Source: Chiloscyllium plagiosum
Taxonomy: Eukaryota
Direction: 5' to 3'
DNA: 64,000 nt
Assembly: GCF_004010195.1 (NCBI RefSeq)
Contig: NC_057753.1
Span: forward strand, 13,443,979 to 13,507,978
The position numbers and the translations under genes are program-made. Shown piece by piece: positions 1 to 12,300 of the stretch (the first letter of the stretch is position 1; each line of letters begins with the position of its first letter). The notes beneath the pieces were generated by a model. It was not told where the DNA came from. It did no database searches and was given only the letters and a program-made list of their open reading frames with translations.

Positions 1-771
1 CCCGTAACACAAATCTTCTGTGTGCCTGGTTTCCCTGCACTAAAGGAATACAGGGTGGTAGTTGTTCATGGCAGTAAGTCTTGCAACCGATTGAATTATA
101 TATCATTCGTTCATAATTTTTAACCTGCATCTAGAATATATTCATTTTTTATGAATACTAATTTATGTTAAGTACAGAAATATATTCATTTTTTATGAAT
201 AGTAATTTATGTTAAGTACAGAAATTCGCCGGGCTCTCTGTTAATTTGGGAATAAAGGACAGGTAAATCCGGAAGTTTGTGAACTTTGTTACACTACTGA
301 ACTTTTGGGATACCTCCAGGAACTGTAGGTCATACAGCTGTGCAGGGATTCCAATCATCCAGCTGTATTCAGAAATGTAAATATTTAAATTTCTTCTGTC
401 CTGGGAAATCCTTCTAAATTAGATCATTGAGTCCAGGCAACATGCGTGCAAATTTCTTCTTCACTGTTCCATTTTAATAAATCTGTATTTGCATCAATAT
501 CCATAACAATTAAATGAGATTCCCGATTTCCTAAATATACTGACTACGCTTCAAAAAGTCAGTTTTTGAGCGACACTCCGGCGCCTGGAATGTGTTATCC
601 TTCTGCCTGAAAAGTATTTCGGATGTATCCATCCCTCAGTTACGGTGAAGACATTCAGAATCAGTTCGAGACATCTCTCAAGTGAAGATCACTGCATTTT
701 GAGGAACGACATTCCCACGACTCACAATGCTCTGACAGACAACTTTTCCCTCGTCTCTGATTGAGAAATGG

Positions 772-1725
772 AGAGAGTCATAGAGTCCTACAGCACGGAA
801 ACATGTCCTCTGACTGAAATGGTCCATGACGTCTGTCCATGCTAGCATCATTTTCCTGCACTTGGCCCATATCCTTCTAATCCGTTCCTATCCATGTACC
901 TACTGAAATTCCCTTTAAATATTGTGAATGTACTTGCCTCAATCGCTTCCACTGGCACGTCATTCCACATGCGTACCACCATCTGTGTTAAAAATGTTGC
1001 CCTTAGGTTTCCCTTTTATTCATTCTGCTTAGACTGACGCCCTCTAATTCTTGATTCCCCAAACCTGGGGAAAAGATTGAGTTCATTCACACTGTTCATG
1101 CCTCTCATGGTCTTATACACCTCGATAAGATCCACACGCTCATCCCCGTTCCCCTCAGTCTCCTACACACTTAAAGATATAAGTCCTAGTTTGTCCAACC
1201 AGTCCTTCGAAATTGACCATTGAGTGCAGGAAACATGCTAGTAACTTCCTTCTGCACTCTTTCCATTTTAATAAATCCTTCACATAGCAAGGTGACCATA
1301 CTGAGCACAATACCCGAAGTACGGCCTCACCATCTCCTGTACAATTGCAATGTAACTTCGCAATTTCTATACTCAATTCCCTGACTGATGAAGGCTTGTG
1401 TGCCAAACGCTATTTCACTGTCCTGTCTAACTGGGAGTTTCAGACAACCGTGCACTGGAACACAAATGTCTGTCTGTTGCACTACACTCCTTAAGGCACT
1501 ACTATCCATCACGAAGCTCTTGCTTTTAACCAGCTTTCCAAAATGCAAGGCCTCATACTTACATGCACCAAATTCCATTTGCCATTTCGGGCCCAGGTCC
1601 CCAGCTGATCAAGGTTCTGCTGTAATTTCTTACAACCTTCCTCACTGTCCACGATGCCTCCAATTTTAGTGTCATCTACAAACTTACTGTTCATACCTTG
1701 TACATTCTCATTCAAATCATTGATA
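772..1725 (-). mobile_element. Degenerate CR1-clade LINE 3' fragment; cassette paralogs at ~14297-15225, ~30915-31725, ~49720-50790 and truncated ~11690-11905
   Basis: Minus-strand remnants SKFVDDTKIGG, GIEYRN.EV.LQL and (paralog) LVRPHLEYCVQF, typical of the CR1 ORF2 RT C-terminus; CTCTATGACTCT-type 3' tail at ~775. Confidence 0.85.
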
Positions 1726-2302
1726 TCAGAACATTGATATCAGAACATGAGCTGCTTATAAATGAATGTGATTAAACTATAGCCCCTCGTTCTAGTACTT
1801 CATGAATATGAGAAAGTAGCCCTTGAAAAACTCCCAATCGGAGCCCTCTTTATAAAATATGATGCTTTCTGAAATGCCTGCTGCTTTGATTCGAGAGCAG
1901 GTGGTGGAAATATATGATCTTATTCAGAAGTCAGCAACAAGCAGAGAGGTTTGACACTGTACTTCTTTCAACATCTAACCAGAAATAATTTCTGTTGCAC
2001 GCGGAGATGGACACATACATTCACATGCATGTACACACAAACACACGCACGCACACACGCGTAAACACACAAAAAGACATGCACATGTACACACAGAAAT
2101 GCACGTTGGTCACCTCATAAAAGTGCACATCTACACGGAGACACATAAATAGGTGTGCAAAGAGTGATACAAATATAAAGAGACACATAGACACTCAGAA
2201 ACATGCATGCACACACAGAAGCACAAACCTGAAATTTAGTAAGTCCCCTGGTCGCTATCATTTTGCATGTTATCTGTTGCTCCCCTTCTGTCCAAATTTA
2301 GA

Positions 2303-2815
2303 TCATAGAACATTATAGCGCAGTTCAGGCCTTCGGTTCTCAATGTTGCGACGACCTGTGGAACCAACCTGAAGCCCGCGTAATCTCCACTATTCTGTTC
2401 TCATCCATATGACTACCAAATGACCATTTAAATGACCTTGAAGTTGGCGATTCTACTACTGTCGCAGGAAGTGTGTTCCAGGCCCCATCTACTCTCTGAG
2501 TAAAGAAACTACCTCTGATATCGGTCCTATATCTATCACTCCTCTCTTTCAGGACATGTCCTATCATGCTAGCCATCGCCATCTGAGGGAAGCAGCTCGC
2601 AGTGCTCACCCAAACTTACCCTCTAATTATCTTCTCTGTCTCAATTAAGTCAGCTTTCGACCTTCTTCTTTCGAACAAAAACAGCATCAAGTCCCTCAAA
2701 CAATCTTCGTAACGTCTTCACTCCATGCCAGGCAACATCCTCGTAAATCTCGTATAAACCCTTTCCAAAGCTTCCGCATCCTTCCTGTAATGTGGTGACC
2801 AGAACTGTACGCAAA
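2303..2815 (-). mobile_element. CR1-clade LINE 3' fragment (second family); paralogs ~15845-16365 and ~51512-52010
   Basis: Minus-strand DRYRTDIRGSFFTQRV..AWN.LP motif; TGTTCTATG-type tail. Confidence 0.8.
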
Positions 2816-2929
2816 GCTTACAATTTCTGAACCATCAGTATAATGATTGCACAGCATCTTTCAATAGAAGGAGATTTCAGAGGCGTTTCCATAGTTATGG
2901 GCACGTGCATCAGAGAAAGGTGGGTGAAG

Positions 2930-3062
2930 GTATGTGTTTTTGTGTGTTCGTGTTTGTGTTTGTGTTTGTGTGTGTGCGTGTGTATGTGTGTGTGTGTCTG
3001 TGTGTATGTGTGTGTGTGTGTCTGTGTGCGTGCGTACATGTGCATGCATGTGCATGAGTATG
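2930..3062. repeat. Imperfect (TG)n microsatellite; other CA/TG tracts at ~15515-15547 and ~26495-26546
   Basis: Direct dinucleotide repeats. Confidence 0.95.
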
Positions 3063-3710
3063 CAAGTGAGAGAGCGGGTTGATTTCAAGAAGATCACCAT
3101 TGAGGGTCATGACATGATGAGTCACCAATGTTGCTTTCCCTGTTAGTATAGTGCACAGAATGGAAATAAATTTTCACATCGAATCGTGCTGATGTGACAG
3201 GCCGCTTCAAATCACAGACGAAAAGTATAGGATTAATATTGAGAAATTTTGCTTGTTTCAATAAGGCTGCCAAAGTGTGGAATACAGTTTCAGTTGCAAT
3301 GCGTGAAGAAAATACCCCGAACTCGTTGGCTGCTGCATTTGAAATAAAAAGTGCAGAGTAAACTAGTGGTTTGTTAGGGGGAGGAGAGTATTTTTATTTT
3401 CGTTGATCATGATTCGTCCGAGTTCAATTGTTTCGAGAAAATTTACGTCTCAATTTCTGGACATAACCGCTAGAGGGCAGGGTGAATCTGTGACATTTAT
3501 TGAATGTGTGAGCGGAGTGACATTTCACATCGTGTGAGCAGCCGTCAGTGTGAAAGACTTGGTACCGGAAGATAAACTCCAAGATACAAAATATTCCACA
3601 ACTTCGAAAGAAGGCAGCACTGTGTTCGACACGAAAAGAGTGTTTTTCTACTTATTAACTCCTTTTTTTCAACAAAACTCTGTCGACCTAACGCTACATG
3701 TGACTTGAAG

Positions 3711-4045
3711 ATGTCTAAAAATTACAGAGTTCTTTTCCTGCTTTCCTCTCTGATCTACACGGTAGAAACTGGAGAAGGCGAAGTTACGCAACTTGCTCAG
3801 TGGACAGTTGTTAAGGAGGCAGAAAACACTTCCATGGAGTGCCCCATAGCAACGGGATCGAGCACAGTGCATTGGTACAGACAGTTCCCGAACCAGCCGC
3901 CCCAGTATCTGGTGATGGCCAAAAGAGAAGCTGATCTACATGAGAGGATCTCCGCTTCAGTCAGTACAGACTACAAACACACTGTCCTAAGTGTGAGAGA
4001 CGCCAGACTTAACGACACCGCCATCTATCTCTGTGCCAACAGGGG
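3711..4045 (+). CDS. TCR V segment family A copy 1 (leader and V in one open frame; alpha/delta-like)
   Basis: ATG 3711, MSKNYRVLFLLSSLIYTVETG then EVTQ..MEC..WYRQFPNQPPQYL..DTAIYLCA, ending at a perfect 23-RSS. Confidence 0.9.
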
Positions 4046-4084
4046 CACAGTGGTATAAACAGAGGGAGAGTCTGAACAAAAACC
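4046..4084 (+). other. 23-bp-spacer RSS of V-A1
   Basis: CACAGTG-23nt-ACAAAAACC (consensus). Confidence 0.97.
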
Positions 4085-5368
4085 TACACAGAGTGGGTGG
4101 ATTGTAGTGTTGAGTATCAAAGTTGTTATTTCAGTGCTCTAAAACTCGATGTTAATAGGAATTCAGTCACAAAAAAAGATACTTTTGCTCAGCAAGCTGT
4201 CAAGTGTGCAATTGGAAATCTGGGCGGAGACAAAGCAAGCAGATACACGTATGCCTCCATCAGTGAAAGATGAGAGAAAGAGCAGAAATAAAGTAACAAT
4301 ACATGTAGAAGATAAAATGGTCATAAACTGTTGAAAGATAAGTGGAAAACTAACGAGTGTGATGCATAGCCATGAAATATTAAATCAATTTAAGTCATAA
4401 ATCAACCGTGAAGAAAAGTAAAGCGGCATTTATTTTAATATCATTCACATTTCATTAACAAGCACACAATCCTGTCGTCTCAAAAATGATTCCAAAAACC
4501 TAATCATTCAATATCATCCCATTTGACTCAATTGTTCATTTCCTGGTGGTGTAATATTCCGACATAATCTGCGAGAGGAAGCGGCAGTCCCACTCAGTGA
4601 AACTCTTTATGTCCTCTCGCAGACACTTTGAGCTATCCTCATCATTGCCTTGCCATTTAGTTTTGTGTTTTTGGCAAAATACATTGCCTTCTGTGAAGAT
4701 TTACAGAATCTGCTCTCTTGCCGTTCCCATTCAGTCTCTCAGAGAAACTGCATCATCATGTCTTTCTTCAAAAAATATGTAGTATTTGGGAGCTGCAGGA
4801 AATTCTGGCACGCATCACTAATATACCTTGATAATGTGGCATTGCGCCATTTTGTCCGGATGCTGCAAAGTATCCGGTATCGATACCGTAGATACATTTG
4901 CTTTGGCACAATGCAAAATTCAAGAAATGTCGACAGCTATGAATATTTTCAGAAAATGCAGCAAAGTCAACATTCCACTCTACCATTTCTTTAATTGAAA
5001 ATCTGTTTTTTCTTTAACTTGATATCACTGAGTGCAAAAGCCTCAAACACACTGTCCCTCAGGCTGGGCTAATGGAAGTTCTCAAAACATCAGAGAATAA
5101 TTCTCCAAACTGGAGAAATCCAGGTTCTGATGCAAACAACGTGGACTGTGTTCCTTCTCTGACTTCGCTTGCAGACAAGCAAAAAGGCCAAATGTCAAAA
5201 TTGCTTTCAAGTCATTGTAAAACCCTGTGGTCTGGGTTTTACAATCACCTAATGCTTTTGTCAGCAATGAACCAATGGGCAGAGATCCGGAAGTGCGAGC
5301 AATTCCTGTCTAAAAATATTTTAGTTTCGACCAGTTCTGCTCACATTCACTGCGATCCGTCTGTAACA

Positions 5369-7176
5369 ATGTCGCCTGGAGCATTGTGGTTATACCTCAC
5401 AACTGCAACTGTTCTAACGGGAAGGTTGATAAACTTGAGGATCTCTCTGTTCCAGATGAGCAGCGGCAATTGCAGTTACCCAAACAGTTCCATCAATACA
5501 GAGGCAGCGATACATTCTCTCCAAATGGAAATACACGTGTGGAGTCAAAGTTTTCCAACACCAGCACTGTTTGGGATGAGTTAGCAAATGACCGCGACTG
5601 AAAGGCTGAGAGGTAAGCAGGATTGGGTCCGTTCAAATACTTTTACAGAGGTGTGCAATTTAAGCTCATGTGCCGTCTGCAGTTTTCCCTTTAGGATCGG
5701 GAACAAAATGGAAAATGACCTTGTTAGATGGTGTGACCTGTTTATGAAGGAGATTTTATTTAATCTTTCAAAACCCTTTGTCAATGCATCTGGTGAGTTC
5801 CATGAAGTAAATTCTTTATTATCTTCCCGAACTTATTTCTCAGATTATTGTTCAAGATGACAGGATGACTGTGGCCTCAGAATAATGAGGTGTTTTCTGT
5901 AATTTCCGGATTCTCCTGAAGTCTCTAACTTCAAGTTCTGATCTTCTTAATGTTGACCTTTGCAACAAAACTGTATGCATCTGTCTAAGTCTGTTCTTTC
6001 GTCCTATGATCTGTACTGTATGTCCTTCTTTACTATGATCTGTCTATACTACTCGTAAATAAAGCTTTTCACTGCACTGAGGTACACATGACAAATTGTC
6101 CATCAATTAACCAATAAAATACGTCGATCAATCAATTTTACAGGACCTTGTCGAGGAGATTCTGTCTCACAGACGCCGGCTTCGGTCGCAGTGATTGAGG
6201 AGGACAGTATCCAGTTCTTCTGTAATTATACTACAACAAGAAACACTCGGGGCCTTTACTGGTACCGTCAATATTCCAGTTTTCCAACACCAGCACTGTT
6301 TGGGATGAGTTAGCAAATGACCGCGACTGAAAGGCTGAGAGGTAAGCAGGATTGGGTCCGTTCAGATACTTTGACAGAGGTGTGCAATTTAAGCTCATGT
6401 GCCGTCTGCAGTTTTCCCTTCAGGATCGGGAACAAAATGGAAAATGACCTTGTTAGATGGTGTGACCTGTTTATGAAGGAGATTTTATTTAATCTTTCAA
6501 AACCCTTTGTCAATGCATCTGCTGAGTTCCATGAAGTAAATTCTTTGTTATCTTCCCGAACTTATTTTTCAGATTATTGTTCAAGATGACAGGATGACTG
6601 TGGCCTCAGAATAATGAGGTGTTTTTTGTAATTTCCGGACTCTCCTGGAGTCTCTAACTTCAAGTTCTGATCTTCTTAATGTTGACCTTTGCAACAAAAC
6701 TGTATGCATCTGTCTAAGTCTGTTCTTTCGTCCTATGATCTGTACTGTATGTCCTTCTTTACTATGATCTGTCTATACTACTCGTAAATAAAGCTTTTCA
6801 CTGCACTGAGGTACACATGACAAATTGTCCACCAATTAACCAATCAAATACGTCGATCAATCAATTTTACAGGACCTTGTCGAGGCGATTCTGTCTCACA
6901 GACGCCGGCTTCGGTCGCAGTGAATGAGGAGGACAGTATCCAGTTCTTCTGTAATTATACTACAACAAGAAACACTCGGGGCCTTTACTGGTACCGTCAA
7001 TATTCCAGTGGTCCCATAGAGCTGCTGCTGTGGAGAAGCAAATTTAGCGGGAACACAGAGAAGTTTCACAGAGACTGGCTATCCCCAGAGCTCGATCATA
7101 TGAACCACACCATCAACATGAAAGTGGTCAAAATAGAACTGGCAGACTCTGTAGTGTACTACTGCGCACTGAGACC
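5369..7176 (+). pseudogene. TRAV: TCR V segment family B copy 1, probable pseudogene (leader 5369-5420; truncated V 6144-6280; complete V exon 6873-7176)
   Basis: Leader MSPGALWLYLTTATVLT with donor GA instead of GT at 5421; V exon open (DSVSQ..FCNY..WYRQ..DSVVYYCALRP); RSS 7177-7215 is CATGGAG-23-GCAAAAACA (CAC lost). Confidence 0.85.
5552..7009. repeat. 729-bp tandem duplication (5552-6280, 6281-7009)
   Basis: Near-identical blocks; duplicated ORFs 5581/6310 and 5588/6317 are offset by 729; AGT microhomology at the junction. Confidence 0.93.
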
Positions 7177-7949
7177 CATGGAGTCTCAGAATTGGGTTGA
7201 CCCTGTGCAAAAACATGACATTGTGTGTGCCAGGCAATCGATGAGATCAAGAGTGGATCTGAAAGGGTTCCCGAAATCACGGTGATAGCTGATATTTTTC
7301 ATTTGAATGTAAAACTTTATTCGTTATAAATATATTATTGAAATAAACTAAAGCTGTCTGTTTAGTGAATGAAAAGTGAGCACATGATTTCAAGCCTTTT
7401 CTAAAGTCACAAAGTATGCCACGTTTACAGCAATGTGCGATGTAGAAAATGCAGCAACCATTTGCATCTAACAAAATATAAATCATTTGTTTGGAGAAAC
7501 AATGATCGATCACGTGATTCTGATCGGTCACGCGAATCGCTGGAGCAACCTGAGCACCATAAAACATTTTGTTCGATGATGAGTAATGCCCCTAAAGCTG
7601 AATGTTAACAGTTTCAAAATAACAGCGGATGGATTCGTTGGTCCAGGATAATGCAGGCTTGCTTTCAAATACCGATTAGAAAGTGGGATGTAACTCAGAT
7701 CTGAACAACATTAACCAGTTAAGCAAACCCAATCATGGCTGATTAATGAGTCAAAGTCATCAGTGAAATTCTCAGTCGCCAAAATTATCCATAGCGCTCA
7801 GTGCTGCGTCAGGGGCCGTGTAGAGTTATTGAGTTGAGTCTGGGTCGGTTACTTTTCAGAGGGTGGTGTGGATTTGTTGAGACAAATGGCTTCTTTTCAC
7901 ACTGCAGGGATTCCGTGACTTTTGTAAAAAGAGTAACTTTCTCGACCAG

Positions 7950-8200
7950 TGCTGTGGATATGTAAGTCACATATGGGCCAGACCAGGTGAGGACAGAGGA
8001 TTTTACAAAGTACATCATTGAATCAAGTCAATCAATTGACAATGTTATCATGGTCATTGTTAGACTCTCACATCCAGATGCTTAATTTTATTCAATTTAG
8101 TTTTCATCATCTGCTTTGGTGAGATTCGAATCCCGCTTCTCAGAACGTTAACTGACTCTCTGCAATAATCATCGAGCGATAATACTTATCGGTTATCTAC
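7950..8200 (-). mobile_element. Old tRNA-derived SINE resembling elasmobranch SacSINE1; paralogs ~26800-27055, ~46070-46325
   Basis: Minus-strand B-box-like GGGATTCGAATC followed by GCAGATG..AA.T.AATTGAAT; recognised by eye as the SacSINE1-type body. Confidence 0.55.
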
Positions 8201-9300
8201 TCCCACTTTTGCGAACTTTCTCCAAAACTTTCCTTTTCAAACATGTTTTCTGTTTCCTTTTGAAAGTTCCCATTGAAGGTTTATTGATCATCATTTCAGG
8301 TAATGCATTCTTGTACATTTTAAATCGATACGAGGAATGAGGCATATCTCAAAAGCCAGTGTGTGGGATGCACATATCACGACAAGTGGAAATTCTTAGG
8401 CACAATACAGGTCCTTCTTTATCTAGTATTCAAAGTATTATCATTATGAAGAATCTTTACCGATCCATTTCACTTCCACTTCCACTTGCAATTTTAGTAC
8501 AGATTTTAACTAATTACTTTCAAATGTGCGTTTGCCCATAAATCAGAATGGTACCGCAAACAGATTCAGATGTTGGAGAATTATCAAGTGCTATTTTCAA
8601 ACTGGAAAGTTAAACCTATCACTTTACTTTCAGTCAGGAACAAATCATAAACACAACCGTCTGTATGTTTCAGAGCTCCAACATTCACATTATGAATGTG
8701 ATCATAGCCTTCCTGAGAAAGGAATTTTAACTCATCAAGATGTTCGACAAACATTCACAGCAGGGCTCAGCATGTGCACGGTCATGGATTCAATTGAGCA
8801 CCTCCTAGATAGAAACAAAGACAATGTTGTCAAGGAGGAATCATGAAGATGTGACGACTATGTCAAGGGATTTAATTCCCCATTCTGGCTGGAAATCCAT
8901 TGACGAATGCCGGGGGTGGAGGGTGGGGGGATGAATTTTTGAAGTTCGTTGTGAACTTTTCTGAAGCAAAACGTTGAAGGACCAAATTAAAATCAGCTAA
9001 TTTTAGGTTTAGCGTTGGTCAACGAGAGAGGGCAATTAGTAATGGTGTACTTGACAGAAATGTCCTTGTATACTTACATACCGCATAAGAACAATGAGTT
9101 GACTCTTATAGAGAATAATACTCGTTTATTGGACACAATTAATATAAGAACTATAAACTAACTAAACAAACACTGCGAACTATCTTAATTTAACTTTGTG
9201 TGTGTGTATATATATATATACCATCACACTCGAATTTGGCCAGGCTGTATGTGTTGACATTTTAGTTTTCTTCCGATGGTCTGAAGGTGTGTTCTCCTAT

Positions 9301-12300
9301 GGTGGATATTCCTGAGTTGCCATCTGACTGGGACTGTGCGTTGACTTTTATCCATTTGGGTCCTCGCGCTTTTTTGGAGAGTTTTGAGGATCTGCCAACG
9401 GATTGATTACGTTTTATTACCCTGACCATTCAGACCCAATCATGTGTTGGCACGTCGATGGCAAGGTGGCCCTTAGGCTTATAATAGGGTGGGTGCTGGG
9501 TACGCGTACCCTCCTCCAAATAAGAGTGTAAGGCGCCTCTCTGTCTCACGAATAAGTCACTGTTCCCAATTGTCCAGAGGGCGACATTCCATGGTGCCAT
9601 TCAGATCCAACTTCAGGTGTGTATTGCAGGGTCTGCAGCTGTCAGGTTTGTTTACAAACTGTCTGTGGGCAGCTGCAACTTGTCTGGATTCTGCCGCATG
9701 TGGATTAGCGCAATCAATTTGGTCATGGCGAAGTTCGATTTCTCAGCATGCTTTAATCATTGTTCATCCTTTCTAATTCAATGGTAAGTTTATTAGTGCC
9801 CATCTTAAGTTCATTATTTCAGCTGACGCTTCAGGCCATAGTAACCTTCCTCTGCAGAAGTCCTGTTGAGTAGAGAATATAATGTTGTGCAATTTTTAAT
9901 CAAGATTCAAAGCGACATAATTCATACTGGAAATAGAGTCTGAAACCTGAACAATGTAACGTCTGAAAACTGGAATCGCAAATTGATTATGAAGGATTGG
10001 CAAAATGAACAAAATGATTTGGTAGCACACAGGTGTTACTGAGTGGTTGGAGAGTTACTTTATGGTCTGTAATTTTTGCTTGTTCCTCGAAAACAGAAGC
10101 ATGTAACTGGCAATATAATTCAACTGGCTAACGAAAGTTTGAAGATGCCTATGTTGCATGGTTTGAAAGGCTGCAAGAAAGAGTGAGAAGCGAAAGCATT
10201 GAAAGCAATTTAAAATTCTATAATGGATAACCAAAAGAGCGATTAAAGGGGGAAAGAGAAGATGAATGGCATCTCAGACGAATCATAAATGTGGACTGTA
10301 GAAAATGCTTACATAGATGAAATGAAGAAAAGCACAAAAACATACTGGATTGATACCTATGCCATCAGCTCCAATAATTACAGCCTTATCACTAATGTCC
10401 AGTTGCAGAAGCGTGGCCGTAATATGCATTGCACAACTTCGCCGAGTGTCCTGCAACAGAACATTTTCATTACCTCTACCACGTATATAGTAGTTGAATG
10501 GGAACACTTCACTCACAGGCCATATTCGGCTGTGTCTTGGACCTACATCGCATTCTTTCATGTTCACTTGGTCAAGACTCTAGAACTCTCTTGCTAACAA
10601 CAATCTGCGTGCCCCAACTCATCAAGAGTTGCAGACATTCAAGAAATCAGGTCACTACCACGTTCTCCCAGACAGTTAGGTTTGGTCAAAGCTGCTCTCC
10701 CTGGTTCTCTGTGCTGAAAGTGATACAATGCCACCTTCTGCTGGTGGCTGCACAGGCGATGTGTAATAATCTTTGGGGATTATGTCAGAGGAATGGCAGC
10801 AACGCACTGCATTGTACAAACGTACGACAGCATCTGCTTTCACACGTAATCAGTATGGGAATGATAGAGTTGAGGAGTGTGAAACATTGTGTGCCATCTC
10901 CAGCAAATGAATGTGTCTCGAAAAGGCAGATTAAGAAACAGGAAGTCGTATAACCAGAAGCGTCAACACAGCAAACACTATGAACAGGCGACATTGAAAT
11001 GCCAGCCCAGTTTTCTCTGTCACCCGTAATACAAAGGTTTTGTATGTCTGGTTTCTCGGCATTCAAGGAATACAGGTGGTAGTTGTTCATCACAGCAAGA
11101 GTTGCAATCGATTGAGTTATATAACATCAGTTCACAATTGTTAACCTGCATCTCGAATATATTCATTTGCAGTGAATGCTAATTTATGTTAAGTACAAAA
11201 GCCTGACGCGGCCTCTATGCGAATTTTGGGACTAAAGGGCATGTAAATCCGGAATTTTGTGAACTTTGATAAATTCTTTAACGTTTCGGATACCTATATG
11301 AACAGATGTTGCGACTATCCAGGCATTCCAATCATCCAGCTGTATTCGGAAGCGTAAATACTTAAATTTCTTCTGTCATGGGAGATTTGTCTCGAGCTCT
11401 GTATTTGCATCATTATCGCTGGCAATTAAGTTAGATTACCTGTTTCCAAAATACACTGACTTCGCTTCAAAAAGTCGGGTTTTGAAAGATGCTCCAGCGC
11501 CTAGATCATATTATCCTGCTGCATGAAAAGTAGTTTGAAATGTCCATCCCTCAGTTCCGGTGAAGACATTCTAAATCAGTTGGAGATATCTCTCAATAAA
11601 GACTACTGCCTTTTGAGGAAGGACATTCCAAGTCTCACAATATTCTGTCAGATTAGTTATCCCTCATCGCTGATTAAATGGATAGATATATAGAGTCCTA
11701 CAGCACGGAGTAGGCTCTGTCTCAAATGGCACACGCTGTCCGTCAACACTAACACAAGTTTCATGCACTTAGTCCACATCTTTCTAAACCTTTCCTATCC
11801 ATGAAATTGTCTAAATGATTTTAAATGTTGCTAATGTACCCACCCACCATCTACGTTGGCAGTTCATTCCACATGAGTACTCCCCTCTGTGTTAAAAAGG
11901 TGGCCGGTGGATATTCCCGAGTTACCATCTGACTGGGACGGTGCGTTGACTTTTATCCATTTGGGTCCTCGCGCTTTTTTGGGAGAGTTTTGAGGATCTG
12001 CCAACGGATTGATTAAGTTTTATTACCCTGACCATTCAGACCCAATCATGTGTTGGCACGTCGATGGCAAGGTGGCCTTTAGGCTTATAATAGGGTGGGT
12101 GCGGGGTACGCGTAAACTCCTCCAAATAAGAGTGTAAGGCGCTTCTCTGTCTCACGAATAAGTCACTGCTCCCAATTGTCCAGAGGGCGACATTCCATGG
12201 CGCCATTCAAATCCAACTTCAGGTGTGTATTGCAGGGTCTGCAGCTGTCAAGTTTGTTTCCAAACTGTCTGTGGGCAGCTGCAACTTGTTTGGATTCTGC

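Noticed and set aside
2818-3146. His/Thr- or Cys/Val-rich ORFs (also 15366-15856, 26332-26693, 51018-51508)
   Set aside because: Translations of CA/TG microsatellites
3711-4084. Retroposed or germline-joined V gene explaining the missing leader intron
   Set aside because: RSS intact, no J sequence, poly-A or TSD
5581-6589. Duplicated 67-aa and 90-aa ORFs
   Set aside because: Intronic sequence of V-B1 copied by the 729-bp duplication; deleted in the B4 intron
10283-11093. Multi-copy ORFs (10289, 10498, 10785 and paralogs) as a novel gene or Gypsy integrase
   Set aside because: Frames are not conserved between cassettes; part resembles a decayed LINE 3' end, and recurrence is explained by duplication
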